Of a stretch of 64,000 nt of DNA, positions 44,851-53,560 are shown in pieces. Made by a program: the position numbers and the translations under genes. Each line of letters opens with the position of its first letter. Position 1 is the first letter of the stretch. Origin of the DNA: an uncultured Actinomycetes bacterium (GTDB lineage: Bacteria > Actinomycetota > CADDZG01 > JAHWKV01); assembly GCA_964501265.1 (NCBI GenBank), contig CAZCSK010000003.1:436-64435 (forward strand). The letters run 5' to 3'. The notes under the pieces are model-generated. The model was not told the origin of the DNA, did no database searches, and saw only the letters and a list, made by a program, of their open reading frames with translations.

Positions 44851-46544
44851 AGCCGAGCCGGAGCACTCTGCTGGGCCCCGACTCTGTCGAGGTGTTTGCC
44901 CGACGACTTAAGGCGGGAGAAGTCTGGCATCAAACGCTGGCGATCACCGGGTACCCGCGCGAGGTGAGTCCGGGATGGCTGACCCCGCTTCTCACCTACC
45001 CCGGCCGAGTGGATGTCGCCATCCATGTTGAGCCCGTTCCCAACGAGGTCGCCGTCAGGGGGCTGCGTCGGCAATCGGCCCGTTTCGAGTCGACTCGGCA
45101 GATCGATTCGACTCGGGGAAAGCTCCCCGATCCGGAGATAGACGCCGCAGCGGAGGACGCGAACCGGCTCATGTCGGGAGTGGCGCGCGGAGAAGGCCGG
45201 CTCTTTAAGGTTGGGCTGTACATCACCGTCTCGGCATCGACCGCGGAAGCGCTCGAAGCTGAGGTGGAAAGAGTCCGCGCGCTCTGCGGATCGATGCTAC
45301 TGGACGCGCGCCCGCTGGCTTTCCGGGCGCTTCAGGGATGGATCAGCACTCTGCCTTTGGGTCTTGACGCGGTGCGTCTTCGTCGCACCTTCGACACCAG
45401 GGCGCTCGCGGCGTGCTTTCCGTTCGCGAGTTCTGAAATCGGGGGCTCGTATGGGATTCTTCTCGGAAGAAACGCCGTCAGCGGCAGTCTCATGTTTCTC
45501 GACCGTTTTGCTCTGGAGAACCATAACCAGGTCATCCTCGCCCACTCCGGCAAGGGCAAGAGCTTCTTCGCCAAGCTCCAGGTTCTTCGGTCGCTTTACC
45601 AGGGCATCGACGTTCTGGTAGTCGATCCGGAGAACGAGTATCAGCGGCTCGCAACCGCCGTCGGGGGATCGGTCATCCGTCTCGGCAGCGAGGAGGGCAG
45701 ATTGAACCCTCTGGACCTCGCCGAGGCGGGCCGTGCCGACGCGCTTACTCGCCAGAGCCATTTCGTTGCGACCCTCGTGGATTCGATGCTCGACGGACTC
45801 CCGCAGGTTCACAGAGCGGAGCTAGACCGGGCGGTCCTCGCCGCCTACGACCGCTCGGGCATAACCCTTGACGTGCGGACCCACGGGCGCAAGACCCCGG
45901 TTCTGGGCGACGTAGTCGAGGCGCTCAAGGCAGACGGCGCCGAGGGTTTTGCCAGGCAGCTCGAGCCCTACGTCCACGGGTCAAGCCGCGGGCTCTTCGA
46001 CGCACCGACAAGTGTGAGACCCGAGGGTCGCCTGGTGGTCTTCTCGCTCAAAGACGTGCCCGCGGAACTCAAAGGCCCAGCGACTTTGATGGCGCTTGAA
46101 ACGATCTGGCGCACGGTGTCTCGCGGCGAAACGAAGCGGCGGGTCGTGGTGGTCGACGAAGCTTGGCTTCTGCTTCAGACCGACGCGGGAGCGAAGTTCT
46201 TGGAGCGTCTTGCGCGCTCTTCCCGCAAGTATCTGTGCGGCCTCACCACGATCACCCAGGACGTGAGGGACGCGCTTTCCAGCCACATCGGCCACACCAT
46301 CGTCACGAATGCAGCGAGCCAGGTAATCCTCGGCCAGCACCCGCAGGCGATCGAGGCACTGGCGGAGGCGTTCGGTCTGTCGAAGGGGGAGTGCTCTTAT
46401 CTGGTCGCCTGCCCTCAAGGTCAGGGACTTTTGTGCATCGGAAACGAAAGGGCGCCGCTTCGCGTCGTGGCTTCGGAATTCGAGCACGCACTCGTCACAT
46501 CCAATCCTGCCGAACTCATCGCTCTGGAAAAGGAGGCTTCATGA
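44847..46544 (+). CDS. VirB4/TraE-like T4SS ATPase (C-terminal ATPase portion)
   Basis: 565 aa with a GTGA overlap. WHQTLAITGYPREVSPGWL. Walker A LAHSGKGKSFFAK and Walker B VVVVDEAWLLL. Confidence 0.8.
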   Translation: MKPSRSTLLGPDSVEVFARRLKAGEVWHQTLAITGYPREVSPGWLTPLLTYPGRVDVAIHVEPVPNEVAVRGLRRQSARFESTRQIDSTRGKLPDPEIDAAAEDANRLMSGVARGEGRLFKVGLYITVSASTAEALEAEVERVRALCGSMLLDARPLAFRALQGWISTLPLGLDAVRLRRTFDTRALAACFPFASSEIGGSYGILLGRNAVSGSLMFLDRFALENHNQVILAHSGKGKSFFAKLQVLRSLYQGIDVLVVDPENEYQRLATAVGGSVIRLGSEEGRLNPLDLAEAGRADALTRQSHFVATLVDSMLDGLPQVHRAELDRAVLAAYDRSGITLDVRTHGRKTPVLGDVVEALKADGAEGFARQLEPYVHGSSRGLFDAPTSVRPEGRLVVFSLKDVPAELKGPATLMALETIWRTVSRGETKRRVVVVDEAWLLLQTDAGAKFLERLARSSRKYLCGLTTITQDVRDALSSHIGHTIVTNAASQVILGQHPQAIEALAEAFGLSKGECSYLVACPQGQGLLCIGNERAPLRVVASEFEHALVTSNPAELIALEKEAS

Positions 46545-47077
46545 AACTGGTAATCGCAGGCGTTGCTTTGATTCTCACCTTCCCCGTGGTGGCGGCGGGC
46601 GCCGTTGTAGACGCGCTTGCGGCAGAGGCGCCGCCAGCGGTAGTAGCAGGCGACATTGATGCACTGCGAACCCAGGTTCTATCAGACCCTCGCGTACGGC
46701 TTTCTGCGAACGCGAGACAAGACATTGAGGACGGAAGAGTCGATGCGCGGGTCCTTAACGCTTTGGTCTTCCTGTCCGCGAGACACGATCTCGGTTGGGT
46801 GGGACCTTTCGTGAGCGGGCACTCCTACTTCGTGAAGGGAACGATGCGCGTCTCCAATCATGTTCGCGGCCGCGCTGTGGACATTTCGGTTATCGACGGT
46901 GCCATGGTTTCTACTCGAAATGCCTCCGCCCTAGAAGCGGCTCGCGCCGCCCTTTCATTGCCCGCGCCGCTCCGTCCCGATGAGGTCGGCTCGCCGTGGT
47001 CCTTGTCGGAGCCGGGTGCCTTTAGCAACGTTATGCATCAGGACCATCTTCATCTCGGTTGGGGAGGTAACCCATGA
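46541..47077 (+). CDS. Secreted LAS-type (M15/VanY-like) cell-wall hydrolase
   Basis: In-frame ATG 46541 after AAGGAGG (ATGA overlap). Signal peptide. SNHVRGRAVD fits SxHxxGxAxD, and the downstream HQDHLH could supply further metal ligands. Confidence 0.65.
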   Translation: MKLVIAGVALILTFPVVAAGAVVDALAAEAPPAVVAGDIDALRTQVLSDPRVRLSANARQDIEDGRVDARVLNALVFLSARHDLGWVGPFVSGHSYFVKGTMRVSNHVRGRAVDISVIDGAMVSTRNASALEAARAALSLPAPLRPDEVGSPWSLSEPGAFSNVMHQDHLHLGWGGNP

Positions 47078-47703
47078 TTATTCGGAACTTTATCTGCTCG
47101 CGATGCGGTAGTCACATCCGGTGTCCTCTGCGCGGCGGAACACCGACCTGCCCTAGGTGTGCCTCTTCGGCTCTCACGGCTGCCTCCTCGGATTTCATGA
47201 CTCTAAAGGCGACAGCGGAAAAGGAGGCCATCCTGCGAGAGCTGGCGTGGATGGAGCCGGATCTTTCCGAGAAAACGATCCTCGCCGTAATCGACCGCGC
47301 GGCCCCCAACGCGCAATCGCTCGCCAGTATCGCCCGGCAGGTGGCCAAGGACATCGACCTGCTGTACGGATCATGGAGGGCAACTCCGCTAATGTCTGGC
47401 TTCATCTGGCTTCTGCGCAGGGCCGGAGCGCGCAACATCCAAATGCCGCGGTGCTACGACTGCGAACAGGTCACTCCGCTCACGTACAGTTTCGAAGACA
47501 AACGTCTATGCGAGCGGTGCTACCGACGGTTTTCCCGCCTGGACGTTTGCGCGGGTTGTGGCAGGGACGAGATTGCACGCACGACCGAATGGGGTGAGCC
47601 TCTCTGTAAGGACTGCGATTCAGATGAGAGGGATTGGGCTCCGCCGAGCCGTCTTGAGAAAGGCGGCTCGGCTCGAGGACGAGAGAGGCTCGATCTTAAA
47701 TGA
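47074..47703 (+). CDS. Cys-rich (multiple CxxC) zinc-ribbon-like hypothetical protein
   Basis: 209 aa with an ATGA overlap. CxxC pairs: CSRCG...CPRC, and CYDC...CERC...CAGCG...CKDC. Confidence 0.55.
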   Translation: MIIRNFICSRCGSHIRCPLRGGTPTCPRCASSALTAASSDFMTLKATAEKEAILRELAWMEPDLSEKTILAVIDRAAPNAQSLASIARQVAKDIDLLYGSWRATPLMSGFIWLLRRAGARNIQMPRCYDCEQVTPLTYSFEDKRLCERCYRRFSRLDVCAGCGRDEIARTTEWGEPLCKDCDSDERDWAPPSRLEKGGSARGRERLDLK

Positions 47704-50216
47704 GCGAGTCCACTTCATTGCCTACATCCGACGGCCCGCTTTCTCGCTATCTGCTCGACCCGGGCAAGTACAACCGCCAGATCTTCGGGGCCATGACCGA
47801 GTGGGTGTACCGGGTCCTGCCTCAGCTCGTCATCATCGCCGCCGGTCTGCTTCTCCTGCTGGCCGCCTTGCTTCTTTACGCACGATTCCGCAACCGTCGA
47901 ATGCAACGCGACGCGCGCCGTGTTCGAATCCTTCCACCCCCGGAAGTCGATCCGCGGGGTGGGCTCGCGTTCTGGATGGGATTGCACTCGCTCCTGCGCC
48001 CCTGGTGGGCGCGGCTGCTTTTCGGCCAGCCTTACTTGTCTTGGGAAGTTGTCGGTCGTCCTGAGGAGATCGAGATTGCGGTTTGGATTCCCAGCACGGT
48101 GCCCCCAGGAATGATCGAGCGGGCAATAGAGGCCGCCTGGCCCGGGGCGCGCGCCCTTGGGGCCGACGACGGCGTACTTGGGGATCGGAGAGAGGTCGTG
48201 GTCGCGGAGTTGGCGCTGGCACAGGCCGACTGGTTCCCAATCGGCTCGGGGCCCGACGACGACGCACTTCGCCTAGCTCTCGCGCCCCTAACCGGTCTGT
48301 CGGAGGGAGAGGAAGCCGTGGTCCAGATTATTGCGAGGCCCGTAACCTCTGTCAGACGAGTGAGGTTGTTGAAGGCCGCCCGCGCTTTGAAGGCGGGGAT
48401 CCCTCACGGGAGATGGAACCGGGGGGCGACCGAAAAGCGCGGGCAGTACCGTCCCCCGCCGGACCCCACGGTCGAGGCCGACGTGCGAGCGATCCTCCAA
48501 AAGGCTGCGTCGCCACTCTTTGCCTCGCTCGTAAGGGTCTCCGCTGTGGCTCGGGAACGGCACGTGGCTCGCGGCCGGATTCACTCTCTAGCCGGGGCCT
48601 TCGCGGTGTTCGAGGGCCGCAACGGCTTTCGCCGTCGCCGCCTGCCTGGCGCGCTTCGGCGAATGAAAGAACGTCGCTTGTCTCGGCCCTATCTGCTGTC
48701 GGCGCCCGAACTTGCCCAGATTGCCACTCTGCAGGCGGCGGGCACACTCCCAGGCCTTGAGGCAGCGGGCGCTCGAACCGCTGCCCCTTCGCGGGCTCTC
48801 CCCTCTTCGGGCAGGGTGCTGGGTATCGCCGACTATCCGGGGCTAAAAAACCGCGACGCGGCCCTGTCGATTTCGGACGCGCGTCACCACGTCCACCTGA
48901 TCGGAGAGACCGGTACCGGGAAGTCGACCCTGATCGCACAGATGGTCCTTGAGGACGCAGCGGCCGGACGGGCTGCGGTCGTCGTCGATCCGAAGGGCGA
49001 TCTGGTCGAATCGATACTCGAACGCCTTCCGCAGGGGGCCGAGGAGCGGACGTGCGTGCTCGATCCGGACGACCCCGACTGGGCCGTGGGGCTCGATCCG
49101 CTGCGAGGCGAGAATCACGACCTCATCGTCGACCACATCCTCGGGGTTTTCCAGCGGATATTCGAACCGCACTGGGGACCTCGCACCGACGACCTCATGC
49201 GTGCTGCCTGCCTGACTTTAAAACAGATACCTGGAGCGACCCTCACCGAGGTTTCGCTGTTGCTAACCGACGCGGACTGGCGTCGGGAAATCAACTACAG
49301 ACTTCGTCACGTCGCCGGACTCAACGATTTCTGGGCTTGGTACGAAAAGTTGCCGGAGAAGATCCGAAACGAAGCGATAGCCCCGCTGCTCAACAAGCTA
49401 AGGGCTTTCGATCTGCGGGGCCCGATGCGGACCATCATTGGCCAGTCGATGCCGAAAAGAAACATCGAGAACCTGATTGATTTGGGGGGCTTGCTTCTAG
49501 TCCGGCTTCCGAAGGGGACGCTCGGTGAGGGCACTTCGCGGCTTCTTGGGGCACTTGTGATCGCTCGAATCTGGCAGGCGTGCATGAAAAGGGCGTCACG
49601 AACCGAAAATGAACGACCCGACGCGACGCTCTATGTCGACGAGATGCACAACTACCTCGCGCTGCCGCGCTCTTTCGATGACCTGCTGGCCGAGGCCAGG
49701 GGGTATCGCTTGTCGCTAGTCCTAGCTCACCAGCACATGGGCCAACTCCCGCGCGACATGCGAGAAGCCCTCGGGGCCAACGCTCGGACCAAGGTCGTCA
49801 TGGCGTGCTCTCCGGAGGACGCACACTTGCTCGAACGCCACTTCGCGCCCGAACTGACCTCGCACGACCTGTCCCACCTGGCCGCGTTTCAGGGGGCGTG
49901 CCGGCCGTGCATCGACGGCGGTCATGGCCGCGCCTTCACATTCACAACTAGGCCACTTGGCCCCGGATCGCCCGAGCGGGCCGAAGAGGTCCGCCGAAGG
50001 AGCAGGGAGCTTTTTTCCAAGAGCAAGGAAGAAGTCGAGAGGATGATCCGGGCAAAGCATCGCAATGCGGCCAAGGAGCTGTTGCCGAAGCAACCCAGCG
50101 AACCATCGGATCAGCATCCCGCTCGCCATCCCGGTTCATATGAGGGTGGATATGGCGCGCAACCTTCACTGCGCGCCATTGACGACGGCGAAAGAGCTGG
50201 TGACGGGGGCCGATGA
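47700..50216 (+). CDS. Type IV coupling protein (TraD/VirD4/TrwB-like)
   Basis: 838 aa with an N-terminal TM helix. Walker A LIGETGTGKST and Walker B-like TLYVDEMHNYL. Also RGYRLSLVLAHQHMGQL. Confidence 0.8.
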   Translation: MSESTSLPTSDGPLSRYLLDPGKYNRQIFGAMTEWVYRVLPQLVIIAAGLLLLLAALLLYARFRNRRMQRDARRVRILPPPEVDPRGGLAFWMGLHSLLRPWWARLLFGQPYLSWEVVGRPEEIEIAVWIPSTVPPGMIERAIEAAWPGARALGADDGVLGDRREVVVAELALAQADWFPIGSGPDDDALRLALAPLTGLSEGEEAVVQIIARPVTSVRRVRLLKAARALKAGIPHGRWNRGATEKRGQYRPPPDPTVEADVRAILQKAASPLFASLVRVSAVARERHVARGRIHSLAGAFAVFEGRNGFRRRRLPGALRRMKERRLSRPYLLSAPELAQIATLQAAGTLPGLEAAGARTAAPSRALPSSGRVLGIADYPGLKNRDAALSISDARHHVHLIGETGTGKSTLIAQMVLEDAAAGRAAVVVDPKGDLVESILERLPQGAEERTCVLDPDDPDWAVGLDPLRGENHDLIVDHILGVFQRIFEPHWGPRTDDLMRAACLTLKQIPGATLTEVSLLLTDADWRREINYRLRHVAGLNDFWAWYEKLPEKIRNEAIAPLLNKLRAFDLRGPMRTIIGQSMPKRNIENLIDLGGLLLVRLPKGTLGEGTSRLLGALVIARIWQACMKRASRTENERPDATLYVDEMHNYLALPRSFDDLLAEARGYRLSLVLAHQHMGQLPRDMREALGANARTKVVMACSPEDAHLLERHFAPELTSHDLSHLAAFQGACRPCIDGGHGRAFTFTTRPLGPGSPERAEEVRRRSRELFSKSKEEVERMIRAKHRNAAKELLPKQPSEPSDQHPARHPGSYEGGYGAQPSLRAIDDGERAGDGGR

Positions 50217-51061
50217 CCCGCGCATTCGAAAGGCCGACTCGTTCTATAACGCTAAAGCGTTATAGAACACGAGACTTCTCGGTTCTAAATCATCTGACTG
50301 AAAGAGACTCCAACATTTGTCTTGACATCTACGAACATCGGTTCCTCACGACTCATCAACTCTTTCAACTCCACTTCACCAGCTACTCAAGGGCTAGAGT
50401 CCGCTCGCGACAACTCTGTGAACTCGGTGTCTTAAGCAGGTTTCGACCTCCACAAAACCCTGGTTCCGCCCCCTGGCATTACGTGTTGGATCGTCTCGGA
50501 TCCGAGATCGTTTCCGGTATTCGAAACATCGATGCAGACAAGCTCTACTTCGAAAGAAACAGGCCCGCGAAGCTTCGCCAAAGTCCGCGACTCGATCACA
50601 TGCGCGACGTCAACGAGTTCTTCTGCCGCCTCGTCTACGCCGGCCGCCAGAAGCACCACATCAAGCTCACCAGATGGCTTGGCGAGAATCGCAGCATTGG
50701 CCTCTGCAAAGCAGTTGTCCGACCCGACGGAATCGGTACTTTGCGAGGAGGCAACATGTCGCGCGAGTTCTTCTTCGAGATGGACCGCGGAACAGAAACG
50801 TTCCAACGTCTGCATGAAAAAGTTGTCGACTATGAAGAGGCCGTCATCTCTCGTCACATGCCGAGGGTTCTTCTATTCTGCTTCCTCAAAGAAAGACGCG
50901 AGCAGTTCGCCATACCCGCTCTTCAGACGGGCAAGCTGACAATAGCCACCACCACCTTCGAGAGACATCTACAGGACCCTCTTGGACCCAACTGGCTCCC
51001 GGTTCGCGGAGAAAGACGTAAGCGGCTGCTAGAGATCCCCCTTCCGGAACTGCAACCGTGA
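50213..51061 (+). CDS. Replication-relaxation (Replic_Relax) family protein, candidate relaxase
   Basis: 282 aa with an ATGA overlap. N-terminal wHTH pattern LTERDSNICLDIYEHRFLTTHQLFQLHF...RSRQLCELGVLSRFR, later VRPDGIG...FFFEMDRGTE. Confidence 0.7.
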   Translation: MTRAFERPTRSITLKRYRTRDFSVLNHLTERDSNICLDIYEHRFLTTHQLFQLHFTSYSRARVRSRQLCELGVLSRFRPPQNPGSAPWHYVLDRLGSEIVSGIRNIDADKLYFERNRPAKLRQSPRLDHMRDVNEFFCRLVYAGRQKHHIKLTRWLGENRSIGLCKAVVRPDGIGTLRGGNMSREFFFEMDRGTETFQRLHEKVVDYEEAVISRHMPRVLLFCFLKERREQFAIPALQTGKLTIATTTFERHLQDPLGPNWLPVRGERRKRLLEIPLPELQP

Positions 51062-51309
51062 GCGACGTTCAAACTGCTGCTACGAAAGTCCATGGCGTCG
51101 GGGTCGCCCCAATGAGTGATGGACTCGCTGTCGTGATCGAGGTCAACCTGTCCACACCCGAGGAAGCCGCGGCTCTTCGCCACAAGCAAACGGCGGCGAT
51201 ACGCCGCTTCCTTGAGAGCGTGGCGGATAACCGTCGAAAATCGGGATTGTCGGGCGCGCGGGGTAGTCTCGGAGGTTCAAGAGCAGAGCGGAAGGTGGTG
51301 AACGAATGA
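51058..51309 (+). CDS. Hypothetical small protein (ICE)
   Basis: 83 aa with GTGA and ATGA overlaps to its neighbours. No family recognised. Confidence 0.45.
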   Translation: MSDVQTAATKVHGVGVAPMSDGLAVVIEVNLSTPEEAAALRHKQTAAIRRFLESVADNRRKSGLSGARGSLGGSRAERKVVNE

Positions 51310-53093
51310 GTCCTCTTGATCGCCCACGTTCGGAACCGGAAGTATCGCGTCTGAGGGTCGCCTGGCTCGGCCGAGTCTCGACAGACGACCTTCAGGATCC
51401 GACGCTTTCCCTTCCGCGACAACTCCGCAAGTCCAAAGAAGCTTTGCCGGCGGAAGCCGTCGTTGTCGCGCACTTCTACGACATCGAGTCCGGTCGTAAG
51501 GATCTGGAAGAGCGAGGGCATAGTACTGCTCACGAGAAGTTCGACATTCCGATCCCAAGGGACGGGGGGATCCAACAGCTTCTCGACGAGTCACGACAGA
51601 CGGATCGCCGATTCGACGCGGTGATTTGCGAATCCATCGAACGCGTCGCTCGCCGCACCTATTACGGGACAAAGATCGAACACGATCTTGAGCGTGAGGG
51701 GGTCGCTCTTTTTGCCGCTGACGAACCAATCGCCCTCAATGGGAAGAAGGCTGCAGGCATCCTGATGCGGAGAGTCAAGCAGAGCGTGGCCGAATGGTAC
51801 GTCCTTGAGATTCTGGAGAAGTCGTGGGATGGATTGGCCGAGCACATCCGTCAAGGCTGGAACATAGGACGACCGCCCTACGGATATCAGGCGGACAAGA
51901 TCCCCCATCCCGTGCCTGCTCGCAGGGCCTCGGGAGCCACCAAAACCAGGCTGGTGCCAGATCCATTGCGCGCCCCAGTTGTGAATCAGATATTCGTCTG
52001 GAGGGTAGTGGACATGCTTGGCTATCAGGCGATTCAGGCTCGCCTCAACGCCGATCTGGAGCGGTACCCATCACCAGAGTCACCCGATCCAGCGCGACGC
52101 AGGGATCAGTGGTCGCGTTCATCGGTGAGAGACATTCTGACTAACCCTAAACACACGGGGTACATGGTTTGGAATCGGCGAGCAACCAAGAAGGGAGGTC
52201 GAGTCAATCCTCCAAGCTCGTGGGTCTGGTCCCCTCAACCGACCCACGAGCCCATAGTGACGATGGAGATGTTCAAGGCCGCGAACACCATCCCAGATAC
52301 TCGCCAAGGTTCCCGTCACGGAGCGGCGATCAACAGCCATCCCGACACAAAGAGGAGCTATCTACTCCGCTCGTTCGTCTTCTGCGAGCTTTGTGGAAAG
52401 CGCATGGGTGGAAAGACCATGAGGAAGCACTCCTACTTCGCCTGCGAGCCCGCCAAGAACTTAGGGCCCAAGGCGCAGGAGCTTTATCCGGATCATCCCC
52501 AATCGATCTACGTTCGTGAAGAGGCGCTGGCGGAGTCTGTAGCTGAATTCTTCGCTAGGAGAATCTTTGGCCCGCACAGGGAGAAGTTTCTTGAGGACCA
52601 AATTTCCGAACCAGAGTCGGACGATCTTCACGAGCGCCAGAAACGCCTCCGTTTGGTCCAGGGGCAATTACGGCAGATCGATGCACGCCTGGCCCGTCAG
52701 GTGAGGGTGTTGGAGTCCGACGACGATCTGAGCACGTCCCTGCTGAGGCGGGTTAGTGATCGCGTGGCCGAGCTCGAAAATGAGAGAAGGCAAAAGATCG
52801 ATGAGAGTAGCGAGCTCCAGAATGTCTCTCCTGTCCCTGCAGGTGACCCCGCTGAGCTCCTCAGATGCTTCCCAATCGTCGAAGACGACTTCGTCCTAGC
52901 TCCGGAAGTTCGAGTTCGAGAACTCCTCGAGGCGTTCAAGCTAGTGGTCGCTTACGACAAGAAGAAGGATCGGGTGCGGATCCAAGTGACGGTCGAGGGG
53001 AGGGACGTCGAATCGATCCAGCGTCTTATCACCCATGTTGTTGGTGCCCCCAACGGGATTCGAACCCGTGTTACCACCTTGAGAGGGTGGTGA
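51306..53093 (+). CDS. Large serine recombinase (resolvase domain + recombinase domain + zinc ribbon + coiled coil)
   Basis: 595 aa. Catalytic region VAWLGRVSTDDLQD...SLPRQL. Recombinase domain (GRPPYGY, VNQIFVW). Zinc-ribbon-like C.LCG...FACEP. Coiled coil. The last 52 nt are antisense to tRNA-Glu. Confidence 0.85.
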   Translation: MSPLDRPRSEPEVSRLRVAWLGRVSTDDLQDPTLSLPRQLRKSKEALPAEAVVVAHFYDIESGRKDLEERGHSTAHEKFDIPIPRDGGIQQLLDESRQTDRRFDAVICESIERVARRTYYGTKIEHDLEREGVALFAADEPIALNGKKAAGILMRRVKQSVAEWYVLEILEKSWDGLAEHIRQGWNIGRPPYGYQADKIPHPVPARRASGATKTRLVPDPLRAPVVNQIFVWRVVDMLGYQAIQARLNADLERYPSPESPDPARRRDQWSRSSVRDILTNPKHTGYMVWNRRATKKGGRVNPPSSWVWSPQPTHEPIVTMEMFKAANTIPDTRQGSRHGAAINSHPDTKRSYLLRSFVFCELCGKRMGGKTMRKHSYFACEPAKNLGPKAQELYPDHPQSIYVREEALAESVAEFFARRIFGPHREKFLEDQISEPESDDLHERQKRLRLVQGQLRQIDARLARQVRVLESDDDLSTSLLRRVSDRVAELENERRQKIDESSELQNVSPVPAGDPAELLRCFPIVEDDFVLAPEVRVRELLEAFKLVVAYDKKKDRVRIQVTVEGRDVESIQRLITHVVGAPNGIRTRVTTLRGW

Positions 53094-53117
53094 CCTAGGC
53101 CGCTGGTCGATGGGGGC
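53042..53117 (-). tRNA. tRNA-Glu (anticodon CUC), CCA encoded
   Basis: Reverse complement GCCCCCA TC GACC AGCGGCCTA GGTC A CCACC CTCTCAA GGTGG TAAC ACGGG TTCGAAT CCCGT TGGGGGC A CCA folds as a canonical 76-nt cloverleaf. Confidence 0.9.
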
Positions 53118-53175
53118 TTAAGCAGCAGGTACGGCGAGACAACATACTACCGCCGCCCGGAGTTACCATCGGAGC

Positions 53176-53448
53176 ATGACAGATCCGAACGAAGCGGAGA
53201 GAATTTTCCGCCAACTTGACGACGCGACTGAGGCTCTACGTCGGCGCGCGAATGCGTTCAGGCGAGGTCTGTTTATTTTCTGGGCCGCACTGTCCCTCAT
53301 CGGCCTTGTGATCACTTTCTACACATTCGTCTGGCCGGGTAGTCGGTTCAAGGTAGGTATCTTGATCTTCCCAATCGTCCCGGCGATCTGGTCGGGGCTC
53401 CGCTGGAGAGGGGCAGGCGCCCTCCGCCGACAAGACGACGACAGCTAA
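53176..53448 (+). CDS. Hypothetical small membrane protein
   Basis: 90 aa with two hydrophobic helices (LFIFWAALSLIGLVITFYTFVW; ILIFPIVPAIWSGL). Lies between the two tRNA genes. Confidence 0.4.
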   Translation: MTDPNEAERIFRQLDDATEALRRRANAFRRGLFIFWAALSLIGLVITFYTFVWPGSRFKVGILIFPIVPAIWSGLRWRGAGALRRQDDDS

Positions 53449-53484
53449 TCGACTTCTGGGCCCCTGCTAAACTTCCGGATGAAT

Positions 53485-53560
53485 TGCCGGGTAGATCAAT
53501 TGGCAGATCGTCTGACTCTGAATCAGAAGGTTGAAGGTTCAAGTCCTTCCCCGGCAGCCA
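53485..53560 (+). tRNA. tRNA-Gln (anticodon CUG), CCA encoded
   Basis: TGCCGGG TA GATC AATTGGCA GATC G TCTGA CTCTGAA TCAGA AGGTT GAAGG TTCAAGT CCTTC CCCGGCA G CCA folds as a canonical 76-nt cloverleaf. Confidence 0.9.

Larger units (their letters stand above)
41697..53117 (+). mobile_element. T4SS-type integrative conjugative element (core module); the left boundary is uncertain and may extend to ~38.57 kb
   Basis: Contiguous, start/stop-overlapping genes for pilin, TrbL-like, PrgI/VirB4, cell-wall hydrolase, coupling protein, Replic_Relax protein and a large serine recombinase. The block ends inside or against tRNA-Glu. Confidence 0.65.

Noticed and set aside
44196-45074. The 292-aa minus-strand ORF.
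   Set aside because: It is antisense to the PrgI/VirB4 genes and has Arg/Ser/Pro-rich composition.
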